Positions 25,879 to 39,214 of a DNA stretch of 64,000 nt are shown here, one piece after another. The notes below the pieces were generated by a model that was not told where the DNA came from, did not search any database, and saw only the letters and a list, made by a program, of their open reading frames with translations. Every line of letters begins with the position of its first letter. Position 1 is the first letter of the stretch. Where the stretch lies: the NCBI GenBank assembly GCA_047495785.1, contig JBLDXI010000074.1, forward strand, positions 806,001 through 870,000, read 5' to 3'. Both the position numbers and the translations under genes were made by a program. The stretch is from Lepidodermella squamata. Its lineage: Eukaryota; Animalia; Gastrotricha.

Positions 25879-26541
25879 TTGCCGCTCATTTTTGACAGCT
25901 CGTGGACTGATCGTTGCGTGCTGGTGGTCACTCATTATGAAGAGGCGATGACGGATCTAGACGCGAAACTGACAGAGTGGGCTGGTGAAGAAGGAGCTTT
26001 GCGGTCGTTTCTGGAGGAAATCAATCGACGGGTAATATTCAGTGAATATTATTCACCGATAATTCACTCGATCGCCATGAGGAGGAAAGTCAGTTTTGTG
26101 TAGATTTTTTGCATTGAAATCTAACACTTTACACGCAGTCCGATTCGGCGCGACTGTCTCAATCAACTGAACGCATTGATAGCTAATTCCAATTCGATCA
26201 CGCGCGCCGCAAGTCACGGCTTATTTGAACAACTTAGGCATAGAGAACGAAGTGATCACTTCGTTCTCTATGAACTTAGGTAAGCGTGTGAAATACATTA
26301 TCGAGAAAATACTGATACTGTTCGGCGTGCGAAATAAGCTGGAAATGTATGGATGAGATAATGCCACGTCTAATGGAGTCTGGTCACAGCGCCGGCACTA
26401 CAGTAGATTGCCATCTTTGCCTCGAGGAAATCAGCTAGCTGACGATGTGGCGAACGTCATGCAGCCACTGTTATCACTACGAGTGCCTGGGCCTAATAAC
26501 TGCCGTTTGTCCAGCTCACTAGTGACAACCGTCACTCGCCT
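25879..26541 (+). pseudogene. 5'-truncated, frameshifted subfamily-B GTPase-RING pseudogene
   Basis: Near-identical to B2 (35591-36218) from LPLIFDSSWTDRC onward. Lacks G1-G3, has indels, a 34-bp insertion at 26239 and a disrupted RING. Confidence 0.85.
26239..26272. mobile_element. 34-bp perfectly palindromic CATAG micro-MITE with perfect 8-bp TSD
   Basis: aacttagg[catagagaacgaagtgatcacttcgttctctatg]aacttagg; absent from the intact paralog B2. Confidence 0.85.
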
Positions 26542-26579
26542 TAAGTTCCGCTAAATAAAATTATTCGGTTTTAAATTCG

Positions 26580-26700
26580 TCCGGGTAGTAGAAATTCAGT
26601 TACCTATTGTAACGTTCAACCCTTTTACTTGCACGAGTGGAAAAAAAATCCAATTTCAAAGCCAGAAGTTTCCTCGATCACCTAAAAATGTCCGAGAAAA
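26580..26700 (+). repeat. Dispersed ~120-bp repeat, also at about 36940-37050 and 45522-45625
   Basis: Shared ggtagtagaa..cagtta..tcaaccctttt..aatttcaaa.ccaga...cctcg.tcacc.aaaaatgt in all three copies, same orientation. Confidence 0.7.
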
Positions 26701-27562
26701 CCACGCCACAGGGAAAGCAGGCAAAAGGGAAAACAGTGAGAAATTACTTTATGAAGATCGGCTTCATGGCGGGCAGCATAGAGAACGAAGCATAGAATTG
26801 ATGCATTTATTGGGCTTAAACTACTCCTCAAACCGCATTAGGAATCATAATTTACTATTTACTACGTCGTACACTGACGAGCTGTCACCAAATTTGTCAG
26901 TGAGCCTGAAAACATTGGTTGGCCTGTGTGGATACATCTTTTTGTTCGAATATACTATTTTTGTGTGGATACATCTTTTTGTTCGAAAATACTATTTTCC
27001 AGGTTTTAGCGTTTTTTGTCATTTTCCTGTAGTAAAGCTGAACATATTCTTAGCAAGGAGTGATGTCAATACCACCTCGTTAACCGAGACTTTCACTTTG
27101 GACCGGGCAGAAACGTTTCTGAATAACGAAATGAGATCCAAATTGGTTTTGACATTTTTGGGGGAATGCACCAAATTTGCAAAGCTGCATGTTTAGGGTT
27201 GTGCAATTGATGATTTTTTTGGAAATCGGCGACGTGGATGAATAGTGGACCACCTCTAGACAAAATCTGAACCTTCTGACAAGAAAAATGATTGCCACAA
27301 GTCACATCGGAAGCAAAATAGCTTTTTTCAAATTTGAACTTTTTCACCAAAAATAACAAGGAGCATTTTCGTCACCAATTTCTCAAATTTTATCCCAATT
27401 CAACGAGGATTTTAGGAAAGTTTACAACAGACAAGATCTATCGACTGGTGAAACCCGCTCCACAAAATTCATCATGGTTACGGAGTTATTAAAAAAATGC
27501 GAGGCAAACAAATTATCATCCGTACTTTAGTTCATTTCACAAAGCTCAGAAAGTTTTATTTT

Positions 27563-30435
27563 TTAGCCAAGTAAGCCAAATGATGTCGCAGTTTGACCAC
27601 TTGGAATACTAAATATAACTCTTTCAACTTCGTCATGATTATTTTGAGCAGCCAGTTGCAACGCTGTCATTCCCTTGCAATCAGCAGAATGTACATTCAG
27701 CGTGGCGTAACCGACCAGAAGCCTGACGACTTCGGTTTGTCCATTTTCAGCTGCGATGTGCAACGCCGTCGAGCCGTTTGAGTTCCTTGCATTCAAGTCG
27801 GATCCCAATTCATCTACGAGAAATTTCACTATATCATCATGTCCCAATTGAGCTGCTAGGTGCAAGGGTGTCCAGCCGTCCATATCAACAGCACCCACGT
27901 TCACATCGTATTTAGCGAGAATCGCGACGATCTCAGCATTGCCCATCTGAGAGGCGATGTGCAACGGCGTCCAGCCATCTTGACCATCTGCGTTTATGTT
28001 AGCGCCGAACTCTTTCACCAGCATTTCCACGATCTCAGCATTGCCAGTCTGAGAGGCGAAGTGCAGCGGTGTCCAACCATCTACGTTGGGCGAATTTACA
28101 TTTCTACAGTTACGGCTGGCTAGAAAGCGCACAATTTCACATGAGCTTCTTTCCGCAGCGACATGAAGCGGCGTCGAGCCGTTTTTATCAACAGCATTGA
28201 CGTCCGCCCCAAACGTTTCTGTGAGAATCTTCACCACATCCGTGTTGCCCTCCCTGATAGCGACAAACAGGGGCATCGAGCCATCTCGATCATTTGCGTT
28301 TATGTTAGCTTCGAACTCTTCGACCAGCATTCTCACCAATTTAGCATTGTAAACCTTAGAAGCCAAGTGCATCGGTGTCCAACCATCTATATTGGCCGCA
28401 TCTACATTTCTCCTGTTATGTCTTGCCAGAATGCGCACGGTTTCACATGAGCCATGTTCCATAGCTAGATGTAGCGGTGTCGACTTAAAACAGTCGATAG
28501 CATTCACCGTTTTCTCGTTCGCAAGTAATTCGACAATTCCTGTTTGGCCCTGCTGCGCGGCGATATGCAGTGCTGTTCTTTGCAACGGATTTTTCGCGTC
28601 GGCATCGATATTTTCTGCTCGAAGTAGGATACTCACGATGTTGTAATAGCCGTGTGCACAGGAATTGAGCAGCGGGATCAAACCATTGGGTCCCGCGTTT
28701 ACGTTGGCTTTGAAATTCTCCGCAAGAACACCTACGACTTCAGCGTGCCCGTTAACACATGCGATATATAATGGCGTAGAACCGTTATTTTGAGGAAGCT
28801 CTATATGCGCGCCAACTTTCCCAGCCAAAATTCTAACTGCTTCAGCATTGCCGAATTCAGCAGCGATGTAAAGCGCTGTCCGGCCCATCGCGTCTACAGC
28901 TCCAAGATCCATGCTAAATTTTCTTTTCAACAGAAGCCTCAATAGCCCATTTTGCCCTTTCTGAGCCGCGACCATGAGTAAATTCAAACCGTCCTCATCT
29001 TTAATGTTCACGTCGATCTTGCAGGACGTCTTCGATATGATTATTTCAAACTGAAACAAATCCATTTCGCCCAGTTTTGCGCGATTGGAACGAACCTGAT
29101 ACAGGTAACCTGGAACGTAGAAAGGGAACAAATCATCGTGCATCAAGAAGGTGTACCTTCCACATGAGCTTATTGTATTGAGTTGCATTGACGTCAATCT
29201 TTCTTTGAGATAATATTGGGCTTTGAGCCAGGTCCATTGCCCCTGCTCTCCTCCTATTGTCCTTAATCAGCATAGAGTAAACGAAATATTGGAATTCCTC
29301 CGAATAGCTTCTTTCTTTGTGGAATGGTTTGGGTTCTCTTCTGGAATGCATCAAATTTTCATTACAATATACTCAAAGAAAAGTGTTCCATGAGAGCTCC
29401 GCTAATAAAGAATCGGAATTTACCCATTTACGGCAATTTTACTACGATAAATTATATATATTGATCGTCGACTTACTTAATGATGTCATCTTCGGTCACA
29501 AACTGTGTTGAAAATGGAATGAAATAAGGCCAATGAATATTATGATTACGCGGAAGGGACTTACTGGCCTGTAAGAGTTGGCAAACTCGAAAAACGTCAC
29601 ACCTAGTGACCACCAGTCACTAGCCTCTGAACATCGCTCGTTGTTGAAGGTTTCTGGAGCTCTGTATGCAGGTGAACCGGCACCAATAAGTGTGGTGGTC
29701 TCCAACCTTGCATAAGAGGTAGAAGGTAGACGATTTCAGTCAGCTACTGTAAGTTCATTTAATAATTTCTTACCCAAGTCCGGACATTTTAGCCAGGCCG
29801 AAATCGCCTAGTTTCAAAGTCTTCTCGTCCTCACATAGGAATATATTTTCTGGTTTGATGTCGCGATGCAAAGCACGGCAGCGGTGAATTTCACAAACAG
29901 CCGACACTAACTGCCGCGCCCAGTCTCGAAGATCACTTTCAGGAATCTTTCTCTTTCGTTTGATGAATTGCGCCATGTCACCTCTCGAACAATGCTGCAT
30001 GACCAAGTAGTAAATGCTGTCACCTGTTCGCCCAGGGACTTTGCCCGCTTCGTGCCAGTTTTCTATACAAGGTTCAACGTATTTCGCCAAACCAAAATTC
30101 AAAAAACCAAATAATTACCTTCAAAAGCGTCGAGTATTGACACAATGTTGTCATGCTTTATACTTTTTATTATCGTGTGCTGTAATCTGATGGTAAGGCT
30201 TTTCATAATCATTATCTGACCACCTCACCTCTTTGCGACACAATTCCACAAGTTTCATCCCGCTTATGACGTCGTCATTCTTTTGGCGCTTTCGCAATAT
30301 ATCGTTGAGATTAACAGCCTTGACCACGCAGTCCGCGCAATCACCGTTTATTCTCTTGCAAAGCCAAACGCAACCGAAAGACCCTCGTCCAAGCTCTCTC
30401 GTTATCTTGAATTCCGTTGTAAATCTAGCTTCCAT
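27563..30435 (-). CDS. NEK-like Ser/Thr kinase fused to 14 ankyrin repeats; exons 30435-30229, 30179-30119, 30062-29774, 29706-29565, 29502-29477, 29340-29157, 29095-27563
   Basis: LGRGSFG, VVK, HDNIV, HRDIKPEN, DFG, GSPAYRAPE, DWWSLG motifs, followed by 14 TPLH-type ankyrin motifs. All junctions can be joined in phase. Confidence 0.88.
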
Positions 30436-31475
30436 TCGATCTATAATTGTAAAATAGTAACAGTACAAAAATACAAAGAAAAGACCATAAAAATGGTAAA
30501 CGCGACTACCCAGTCATTAGAAAAACCATAATGCAATTCCAATTTTCGAAAAATTCGCACCCTTTCTCGAACTTATGAAACAAATCAACAATTGAATGAA
30601 ATGGAATTGGTGAAATTTGTAAGTCAAGTTGTGCTATACTATTTTATGAGGCTATTAGATTGCGTATAAACTATCGCAAATTTTTCTTCTCACTTCTGAA
30701 CCTGCAGCATCAGAAATCAGAAGTCGCACATGTCCCTCAAGATCGATGTTATAGTTGTGCAATCTCACTGATAGCAATAAAGATAAGTAAATAGATGGCA
30801 AAAAGGTTTTTTGAATATTGCGCGAAATGGCCACAAATTTATTATATCTTGACCCACTACATACTTTGCACAGGTCAAACATTACGATGAACCGTTTACA
30901 GAATGAGAAAAAGTATGAACAATGTTGGATTACCCCTCCTAAGTATTGACCGAATGTCCTGGGATGTTCCTGTCAAGTTCCACCCCCAAATTTGCCAATT
31001 TAAATGCCTTGAAAGCTCTTATCGATTCGAATCGATTCGAGAACTAGAATGTCTACCCGGCGGCTGGGATGCGTAAACAAATGGGATAAGACAAATAAAA
31101 GACCTACTAAAATAAAGAACTACCAGAATAAAACAAACAAGTTTAGCCTCGCGATCTTGGTTGAATGAAGGATTAATTTAGACCCATGCTGCGTTTTCCA
31201 GTCTGGTTAGATGAAAAAAGTTAAAGTCTGCATCTTTCTGTATGTAAGTATAAATGATAAGTGATGGTGATAAGTAATAGACCAGTGATAGAGAAGCCAC
31301 ATAAAATTTCTACGCTAAGATGGACCGGCACGCGAACACGTGCTTCGATCTAAAAAAATGGTCGTAGGTGTTTTTTATAGTGTTCACGCCACTATGCTGA
31401 CTACATAGATGAATAAAAAAGTTGTCTATTGCCGACTATGCCGCACAAAAAACGGCCATTCAATTGAATCAGATT

Positions 31476-31900
31476 GAGGGTTATTTTCGAAGCTGTCTTT
31501 ATCGATAAAGTCGGCTTTATCTGCGGACGATAAAGCCGACATTATTGTTACAGTCAACTTTATGGGGTGGCATTTTCGAAGCCGTCTTTTGCTAAAGTCG
31601 ACGCGTAAAGCCAATTTTGCCATGATATTTCGTAGAATTAAATGAATGGCAGTATCATAAATCGCTCATCATTAGCCATGACCTACTTTTTGCCAGTCTT
31701 TTGTTGTGATAAATCATAAAAAAACGACGTCGAACAAGAGCTTTTAAGGTCAAATCATTCGTCTGTGGACAAAAATATGCCGATAAAGCTGACTTAAAGG
31801 CGATAAAGACGAGAATGGTCGTCTTTATCGGCTCTAGTACATTTATATATGCAGGATAAAGACGATTTATTACAAATAAAGTCGGCTTTATCTTCGAAAA
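31476..31900. repeat. Degenerate MITE-like region with gataaag(t/c)cg(g/a)c sub-repeats in both orientations
   Basis: Repeated gataaagtcggctttatc and ataaagacg units. The left end gggttattttcgaagctgtcttta recurs inverted at about 41072-41097. Confidence 0.5.
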
Positions 31901-32397
31901 TCACGTTGCGTGATAACTAGGTACAAACTTAGGGATCCCCAGGGACCCTATGGTTTGAAAAAAGTCGACAACGTTTGTGAATACTTGGGTTAACTTACCC
32001 TAAAGATTCGTTCTGTTACCCACCCCCCACCCCGCGATATGTCCTGCTAAGCTTGAATTTAAAAGGCGGCGCAGATTTGGGATCTCATGATTTCCCCAAA
32101 GATTGATTTCTAGAGTTTCACGCCTTGTTATTCTTTGGGCTGCATTTGCCAATATCAAATTCAAGTATCGATTTCACAAGTCATAAGAGTATTTTTGTCT
32201 TAACCAGTCTCGTAAGCCAATGCTGGAAATGTCTCAACTCCGCTGAAGTGAAAAATCCCAGTGCCTTGGGATGATACTTCTTATTGATGTTATAAGCCAA
32301 TTCCAACGGTTTTTTCTTGTTTTATGTTTCTTTCGCACCTATTGCATGATAGCAACTTCGCTCGAGAGCACGCATTGATGAAAAAGCCATTTCAGGT

Positions 32398-33455
32398 TCA
32401 AACTAGATCGGCTTGCATTCTAGGCCGGAAGACATTTTGAATCAACTGCGAGCAAATCGGGCAGCTGCGGTTTCCGTGGCGCATGTTTTCCCAAATGCAG
32501 GAGAAATGAAACGAATGGTTACATGTTGCCTGTGCCCATTCTTCAACACGTATCTCAGTGTTACAAATTTCACAAGTACCAACTGACACGTGAGCTTCGT
32601 TAGCAATGTACTCGATGGCCTCAGCCGCTCTCTGTTTCACGCCAAGCAACGGAGCGCTGATCCCCGGGAAATATCGAAGCATAATGTACTGCAACGTTTG
32701 GGCGATACCTATCGGCGCGGGACCAAACTTGGTTTGACACTTGTTGATGAACGCGGTCAGCTTGTCGAGGCAATGTCTTCGAATGGGTTCATTCTTCAGG
32801 GCAAATCTTCCCAATCCATTGTCAGTGAGGATAACCCGATTGCCAACCTTTCCAAAGAACTGCAACATTTCGTCATCTCCTGCCCTTACATGATAGTATA
32901 TTTTAATGGATTCGAAAGCTTGATATTATTACCTTCAAGCCAGGTGTTTGTTGATTGCTTTTGGGACTGCTCGTCCATTCCCTTTTTGTAATGCGTAGCG
33001 ACTACTATGCAGTTGTCGGCCCAACGAGGATCGAACATTTTCGAGATGAGAGCCAAATTCGCTCGTTCTTCAGCTGTAACGCGGCCATATTTCATCACTG
33101 TGACAATGCCATGCAAGCCCAGCTTCGCCCGTCTTATAAATGTTGACAAGTTGAATTTCAGTTCAGAATTTGAAGATCCACTATCGCCGAAACCAACTGT
33201 ATCGGCTAAAAGCGTGTTCATTTTCTCATTCAAAATCCATTGCGGCTTTTTGGTCACTGAACTTGCGGTCGAGCCAACTGCGCACGGCGACTTGCATGAA
33301 GCCTCGCTGATGTCTTGATTGTGCAGCATGTTGATAATCGTCGATTTGCCTGTGCCCGTAGTTCCAACAACCAAGATGATACGCCGGATTGCTACGTCCT
33401 TGTCATTGATTGCTGTATCGTCGATGGCGCTCTTATGTCTGCCGAGTAGGAACAT
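32398..33455 (-). CDS. GTPase + RING-H2 subfamily A copy 2; exons 33455-32933 and 32879-32398
   Basis: GTTGTGKS, DTVG, YGRVT, VATHY, RING CEIC...CNHSFHFSC...CPIC. 53-bp intron at the same site as A1. The ATG used by A3 is AAG here, and an in-frame ATG lies 7 codons upstream. Confidence 0.88.
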
Positions 33456-35224
33456 AATCAGTGCGACTTTTATGCTCAAACTGCGCTTTCCACTTAGAAT
33501 TTAACCAAGTTTGCTTCTAATGACACAACGAACGAATGGCACTTGATAAAGCAGCTGACAGAAGGAGAGGATAGGATTGAATTTAACAAAAAGGTTATAG
33601 GGTGCAAAATTCGAATGTGATGTTGACGCGGTCGATCATAAATAAAGGAAGCCGCCGTCGAGCACAGAACCTAGGATGCGGGTTTAGCACGGTCAGAACC
33701 TAGCGAGATTCGGTGGTTGAGGGCTATTTTGTAATTATCCTCCATTCGCAGTATCTTGACTTGCAACTTGCAGTATCAGAGCTGCGGAACTAGCGCAAAT
33801 TCAATTTTCGAACTTTCCTGACTATAACGCCTGCTTTAACGCTAGACATTGCATTGAATTGCGGATTCAAAGCAATACCGGATGTCATCATAGCCAAAAT
33901 TAACTGAATCGTAAAGTTTAGAGCCTATTAGGATTAATACTAATTATTGGGTCAAATTGTTCTAACCGAAAATTGAGGTGGAAAGTTATTTTGAAATGGA
34001 TTTTGGAAATAATTGAACCTTACAATGAATTTTTACTAGCTCTGACAATCCAAGTCATCAGTGAGAATAGGTGATAATGACATGAACTCCTTCATCAACC
34101 AAAGCTCACTCGTGGTATAGAGGGTTTACCTCAAACTATCATGCCAAATGTCGTGAGTTCTGTGCCCTGCGGCCGCGCATTCCTTGCTTGACCATAATCG
34201 CGCAAGTAAAAAAAATTGGCTAAACAGCTACAAACTTAAATCATGAATTATCAAAAACAATCTGTGACCGGGGCTCGTTATGGATACAAGAGATGCAGCA
34301 AACAGCCTTTTCATCATCCATGTGTATTAAACCACGAGTTTGTGATCCGCCCTTATACTTGCTTCAATAATTATATTCATCTAAAACCACGTTTTCTTGA
34401 AATTCTGCCAACCTCTACGAGGGGTGAGCCGAAATTTCGGGTAGCCAAAATACTCGGTACCAATCCGAACCGACCCGAATAGTTCGGTTGCCGTATTTTC
34501 AAAGCTTGATTAGGTTCGGTTCGGTTTGGTTATCCCGAAAAAAACCGAATTTTGTTTATTTCTGATTTGATTGTAGCTTATTTTATTAACAGTTTGAAGT
34601 CGTAGTCTTAATTGAGCACAGGTAGATTGTATTTACAGAATGTTAAAATCTCTGCTTTTTCGCCGTTCAATGAGCACCGATTCTGAAAAAAAAATTCTCC
34701 GTTTTATCGTGCCGCATTATACTGCGCCATATTTTCAATGATTTCGGAAATTCCACAGCTGGCAATTAGGTCATAAGATCAGCCTAAAGAAATATGTTGC
34801 TAATTCGATTCTTATTGCCGATTCCCAACCCGCTTTCCTTCTCCTCCATGCCTATACGAAGTATGGGGAAAAAGAGGTAAGGCTCGAGAGGCCTAGGCAA
34901 GAAAGCGAGAAAACCCGAGAAAACCACAGGCGGGAAATTTTTATCGGAAAATTTCTCCGAAACGCCCCTAGCTCGGGGAAGCTACTTCGGACTCCAGAGA
35001 GCAAAAAGCATTGAAAATCCAGATGATATCGTAGTGTCTATAGCAAAAGATTTCTATGTTCTTACCTTGCCTGCCTGCTTGCTCCTACTCCCAAGGTTCA
35101 AGGTCGATCGCAAAGTGCTCCGAGAGATGTTGGTGAGTGAATGTGCAGTTTTCATTGCCCAAACACTTTCAACCCCTTCGTGATCACAGTCTTCAATAGA
35201 ATAATAAACTAGTAAAGAGCTCTC

Positions 35225-36270
35225 ATGGAAGTGGTACATGATGTTCACGTCAACAGAATCATCTACACTATCGGGAGGTCGGGTAGCGGAAAGTCAACGA
35301 TCGCTAACATGCTGTATAACATTGAATACTCAGCTATCGCTTGCTCACGACCTTGTGCGATTGGCGATACAGCAAACTCTGTTACCAAAAAATGCCGATG
35401 GATCTTTGAGCCTAAACGTGGCTACCTGTTCGCCGATACTGTCGGCCTGGGCGACCCTGAGAAGTCGACCACGGAGGTTGCTATGGAGCTAAAAAGGATG
35501 CTTCGAACAGCCGAGCTGGGCGTGCACTGCATCTTGTTTGTCGTCAAGTTTGGCAGGCTTACCGCCGAAGAGATGAAGAATTTCGAAATCTTGCCGCTAA
35601 TATTTGACAGCTCGTGGACTGATCGTTGCGTGCTGGTTGTCACTCATTATGAAGAGGCGATGACGGATCTAGACGCGAAGCTAGCAGAGTGGGCTGGGGA
35701 AAAAGGAGCTTTGCGGTCGTTTCTCGAAAAAATCAATCGGCGGGTAATATTCACCGATAATTCACTCGATCGCGACGAGGAGGAAAACCGGTGAGTTTTT
35801 TTGTAGAATAATTGTTTATTGAAATCTTACACTTCATACGCAGTCCGATTCGGCGCGACTGCCTCAATCAGCTGAACGCACTGATAGCTAATTCCGATTC
35901 AGTCACGCGCGCCGCAAGTCATGGCTTTCTTGAACAACTCGAGCGTGTGAAATACATCATCGAGCAGATACTGATACTGTTCGGCGTGTGGAATAAGCAG
36001 AAATGTCTCGATGAGATGCTGCCACGTCTGATGGAGTCTGGCAACAACGTTGGCACTGCAGTAGACTGCCCGCTTTGCCTGGAGGAAATCAACGTGTCGA
36101 CGATGGGTCAAACGTCATGCAACCACTTTTATCACTACGAGTGCCTTCGCATGGTGATCAATAGCCCTGGGGATAGCTGCCCCTTGTGCCGTTCACCAGT
36201 GACAACCGTCACTCGCCCTTTGTTACGTGATGAGAAAGAGACCGAACCGCCGCCAGCCGATGGCAATTAG
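35225..36270 (+). CDS. GTPase + RING-H2 subfamily B copy 2; exons 35225-35790 and 35844-36270
   Basis: GRSGSGKS, DTVG, FGRLT, VVTHY, RING CPLC...CNHFYHYEC...CPLCR. Intron gtgag...cag of 53 bp. Confidence 0.9.
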
Positions 36271-39214
36271 TTCGAACGATCGAATGGCAAAGCTCGCCAA
36301 CTTAAATAAACTTTGCTCTGCTAATTTTGTTCATTTACTCTTGCATTCGCAAAGTTACCTTTCACGATTTCGGTGCAACTCATGAGAGCGGTGATTGGAG
36401 CTTTCGTTTTCTGTAGTACTTTGAATTTGAAAGCTCAGGAAACCTATTAATGTGAGTTACACATTGAGTTGTGCCAGCAGAATGTAAGTTATTATTGTAG
36501 CTATTTGAAGCCTGAAAATGTTAAACGAGTATATGTACAAGGATTGGCAACGCTCAGATTTTTTGCATATGCGATGTTAAAATAAAAATTCAGCAGTCGA
36601 TTTAACGCCGAAAAATCGGCTGCGTCGTAGCCGGGGCTGTGCAATCGACATTAGCCAGCTCAGGATTTCGCGGGGAACCGGAGCATCCTGATGGCCTAGC
36701 GATTTCGACTCATTTTAGGTTTTAGGAATAGTTGCGATTGAATTCTGATAAATTGAAACTTAAACAAAGCATTTCGAAATAATTTGATGCACCTTTCGAT
36801 CACGACCCCCTTATGGTTTGATCGAAAATGTTCTGCAGCTGTATTTAGCCATTAGATTGTTAGATTAGATTGTTAAGCTTGGATGGACGATGGATCATAT
36901 TCGGGCCGAAATAATATCATTCGGCCAAAAAATTCTGTCAGGGTAGTAGAAGTCGAGTTATTTCAACTTTCAACCCTTTTACCTGCAAGAGTTGAGGACA
37001 AATTCAATTTCAAAACCAGAAGTGTCCTCGATGACCCAAAAATGTACCGGACGATAACTTTTTGAAGATTCAGTTTCATGACAAGCAGCAACCACGGCTG
37101 CTCGGCTGTTTGCGGAAGACATAAAATTGAAGCAAGTTCAATTATTAGTTTTTATTTCGAACTGCATGTTAATTAATTGGCAACAGCAGCAGCAAAGCTG
37201 CCGCAGTAGCGCCGGGGGGAACCTTTGAGACTGATGAGAACAATGATGGTAGTTCTACCTGTAAACTATCGGGTTAGGCCTGAATCGAGCCTGCTGTAAT
37301 CTCTATGCATGCCAAGACCAAGATTCACAGCAACCTTTCCATAACCTCACGCAACGGCACCACTTAGCGAACGGCGTTAAGCGACAGCAGTGCTCGAGGG
37401 CGGAGACTCTGGCGTTGGACGGACTCTCAAGATGGCGTCCTGCGCCGTGCCAAAGGTGCTGGGTAAACGGTTGTACAGTTGTACACACTATGTACAAAAG
37501 AGGTGACACCCCTATCACCATGCATACCGTACGTATGCATCTTAGTTCTAAGTCGCGACTACGGTAGAAACTACGGTAAAGTACTGCGGCGCGGTATTTT
37601 TTCAGCACGGCACCATAGTTTTCACTAGTAGGCTTTCTTCTAGAAATGAAACTTTCCAGAAACTGTCTTGTTTGAAACGAACGCAAAAAGCACTCAGGGA
37701 CACCTTCAAAAGACTAGCATGTCCGAAACTGCATGATAGCTCAGTTGATAGGGGGCCTGTCTTCGAGGGTTCAATTGAGGGTTCAAATCTCATCTGCTAC
37801 TATCTGAGCTGTAGAAAGCCATAGGCGAGTCAAAGTGTATGCTAAATTGAACCAAGCGCTGACTATCGGAAAACTCAGCGGTACTGGGAGTTGAAGAGGC
37901 TCAGTTCGTGGAAGATAGTGAAGTAAGACCGGGGAACTGGTAGGGACGATCCCTACCATCCCTAGCGGTAGTTCACCGCTGAGTGGAGTGTCCGTTTCCT
38001 CGCTCGTAGAAAATAGGACTTATAATGCCTCTAACACGGGAGTCATAGAGAACTGAGTGATCTATGCAGGGAGTTATGAAAGTCTCAAGGCGATACGGGG
38101 CGGCTACCACGCACCTGAGAACGGATAATTCGGCGGTTCTGGGAGTTGTAGAGACTCAGTTCGTCGCCGATCAAGTTCGGACGCATCAAACTGCCGGTGA
38201 TAGCAGCCCAAGAGCCTAAGAGCAACAGATTCGGTCAACGGCGTAATGAGTTTCAACAACTGATCGAGTAACCTATGAGCAACATTGACAGACAGCGCAA
38301 GGACGCCGCCAACCCCCAGCTTCATAGGGCAGGCCGAACGCTTCGGCCAGTACCTTTTAAGACTCCTGAGTAGTTGCCACGCTTCATGTTTGGCTGTTAG
38401 ACCGTCTACCTTCTACAAAAAGAAGGTTAGTAATATCGCATCTCAAAATGGGGCGCCAGGATCGAGATAACGAAATGACCGCTCGTGAGACGGTCTCCAA
38501 TCTACCACCAACTTCGTAACGTAGCTTGCTCCCAGTACGACACGGCTGTAATGTAAAGAGTGGTTAACTAGTTTTAGATCAAAAAGCCAAAACTGAATAA
38601 TTAATGGAGAATAATGAATAATGCACAATGGCGGCACTGGTGGTGTCTTCTGCCAAATTGTCGCTCAAGCGTATGTTGGATTTTATCTGCCGTTTGCCGA
38701 GTTGTCGTTTTCGATCGAATAAAACAAATAATGTCGAATTGGGCACACAGTAGTTCAGTGGATAGCTGTCTGCTGGGCAATGAGCGTCAATATCGATGAG
38801 CATGACTTCGATCCCCACCCGGGTCGACCACGATTTATCTATGACGCCCTGCCCCAGCGGTGGCCGACCACTTCATTGTGTTACAAAAGGGAAAGTGGTA
38901 GATTGGGAATGTCAGCAAGACTGAACCAATCGCTACCTATCTGTCATCCTCAAGAGACCTCAACAAGCGACCCTAAGAGCGCTCATTCGGGACCCATAGC
39001 CTTGGCCCATCCAATCAACGAATGGGACGTCTCAAAAATCACAAAGAACTTTCATTTCATTTTTTTGTCAGATTGCCGAATTGTCGTTGCTCAATTGTCA
39101 TATAACCACGCAAGAATATCAGCAATCGCATTTAGACCCAAAAGCCAAAACTATTTGATATAATAAACAGCGTGCGCGAAAGGCGTGCATAGATTGTGCG
39201 CACACTGGCGGCAT

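Noticed and set aside
26925-26998. 37-bp tandem direct duplication
   Set aside because: Simple local duplication in non-coding DNA with no evidence of function.
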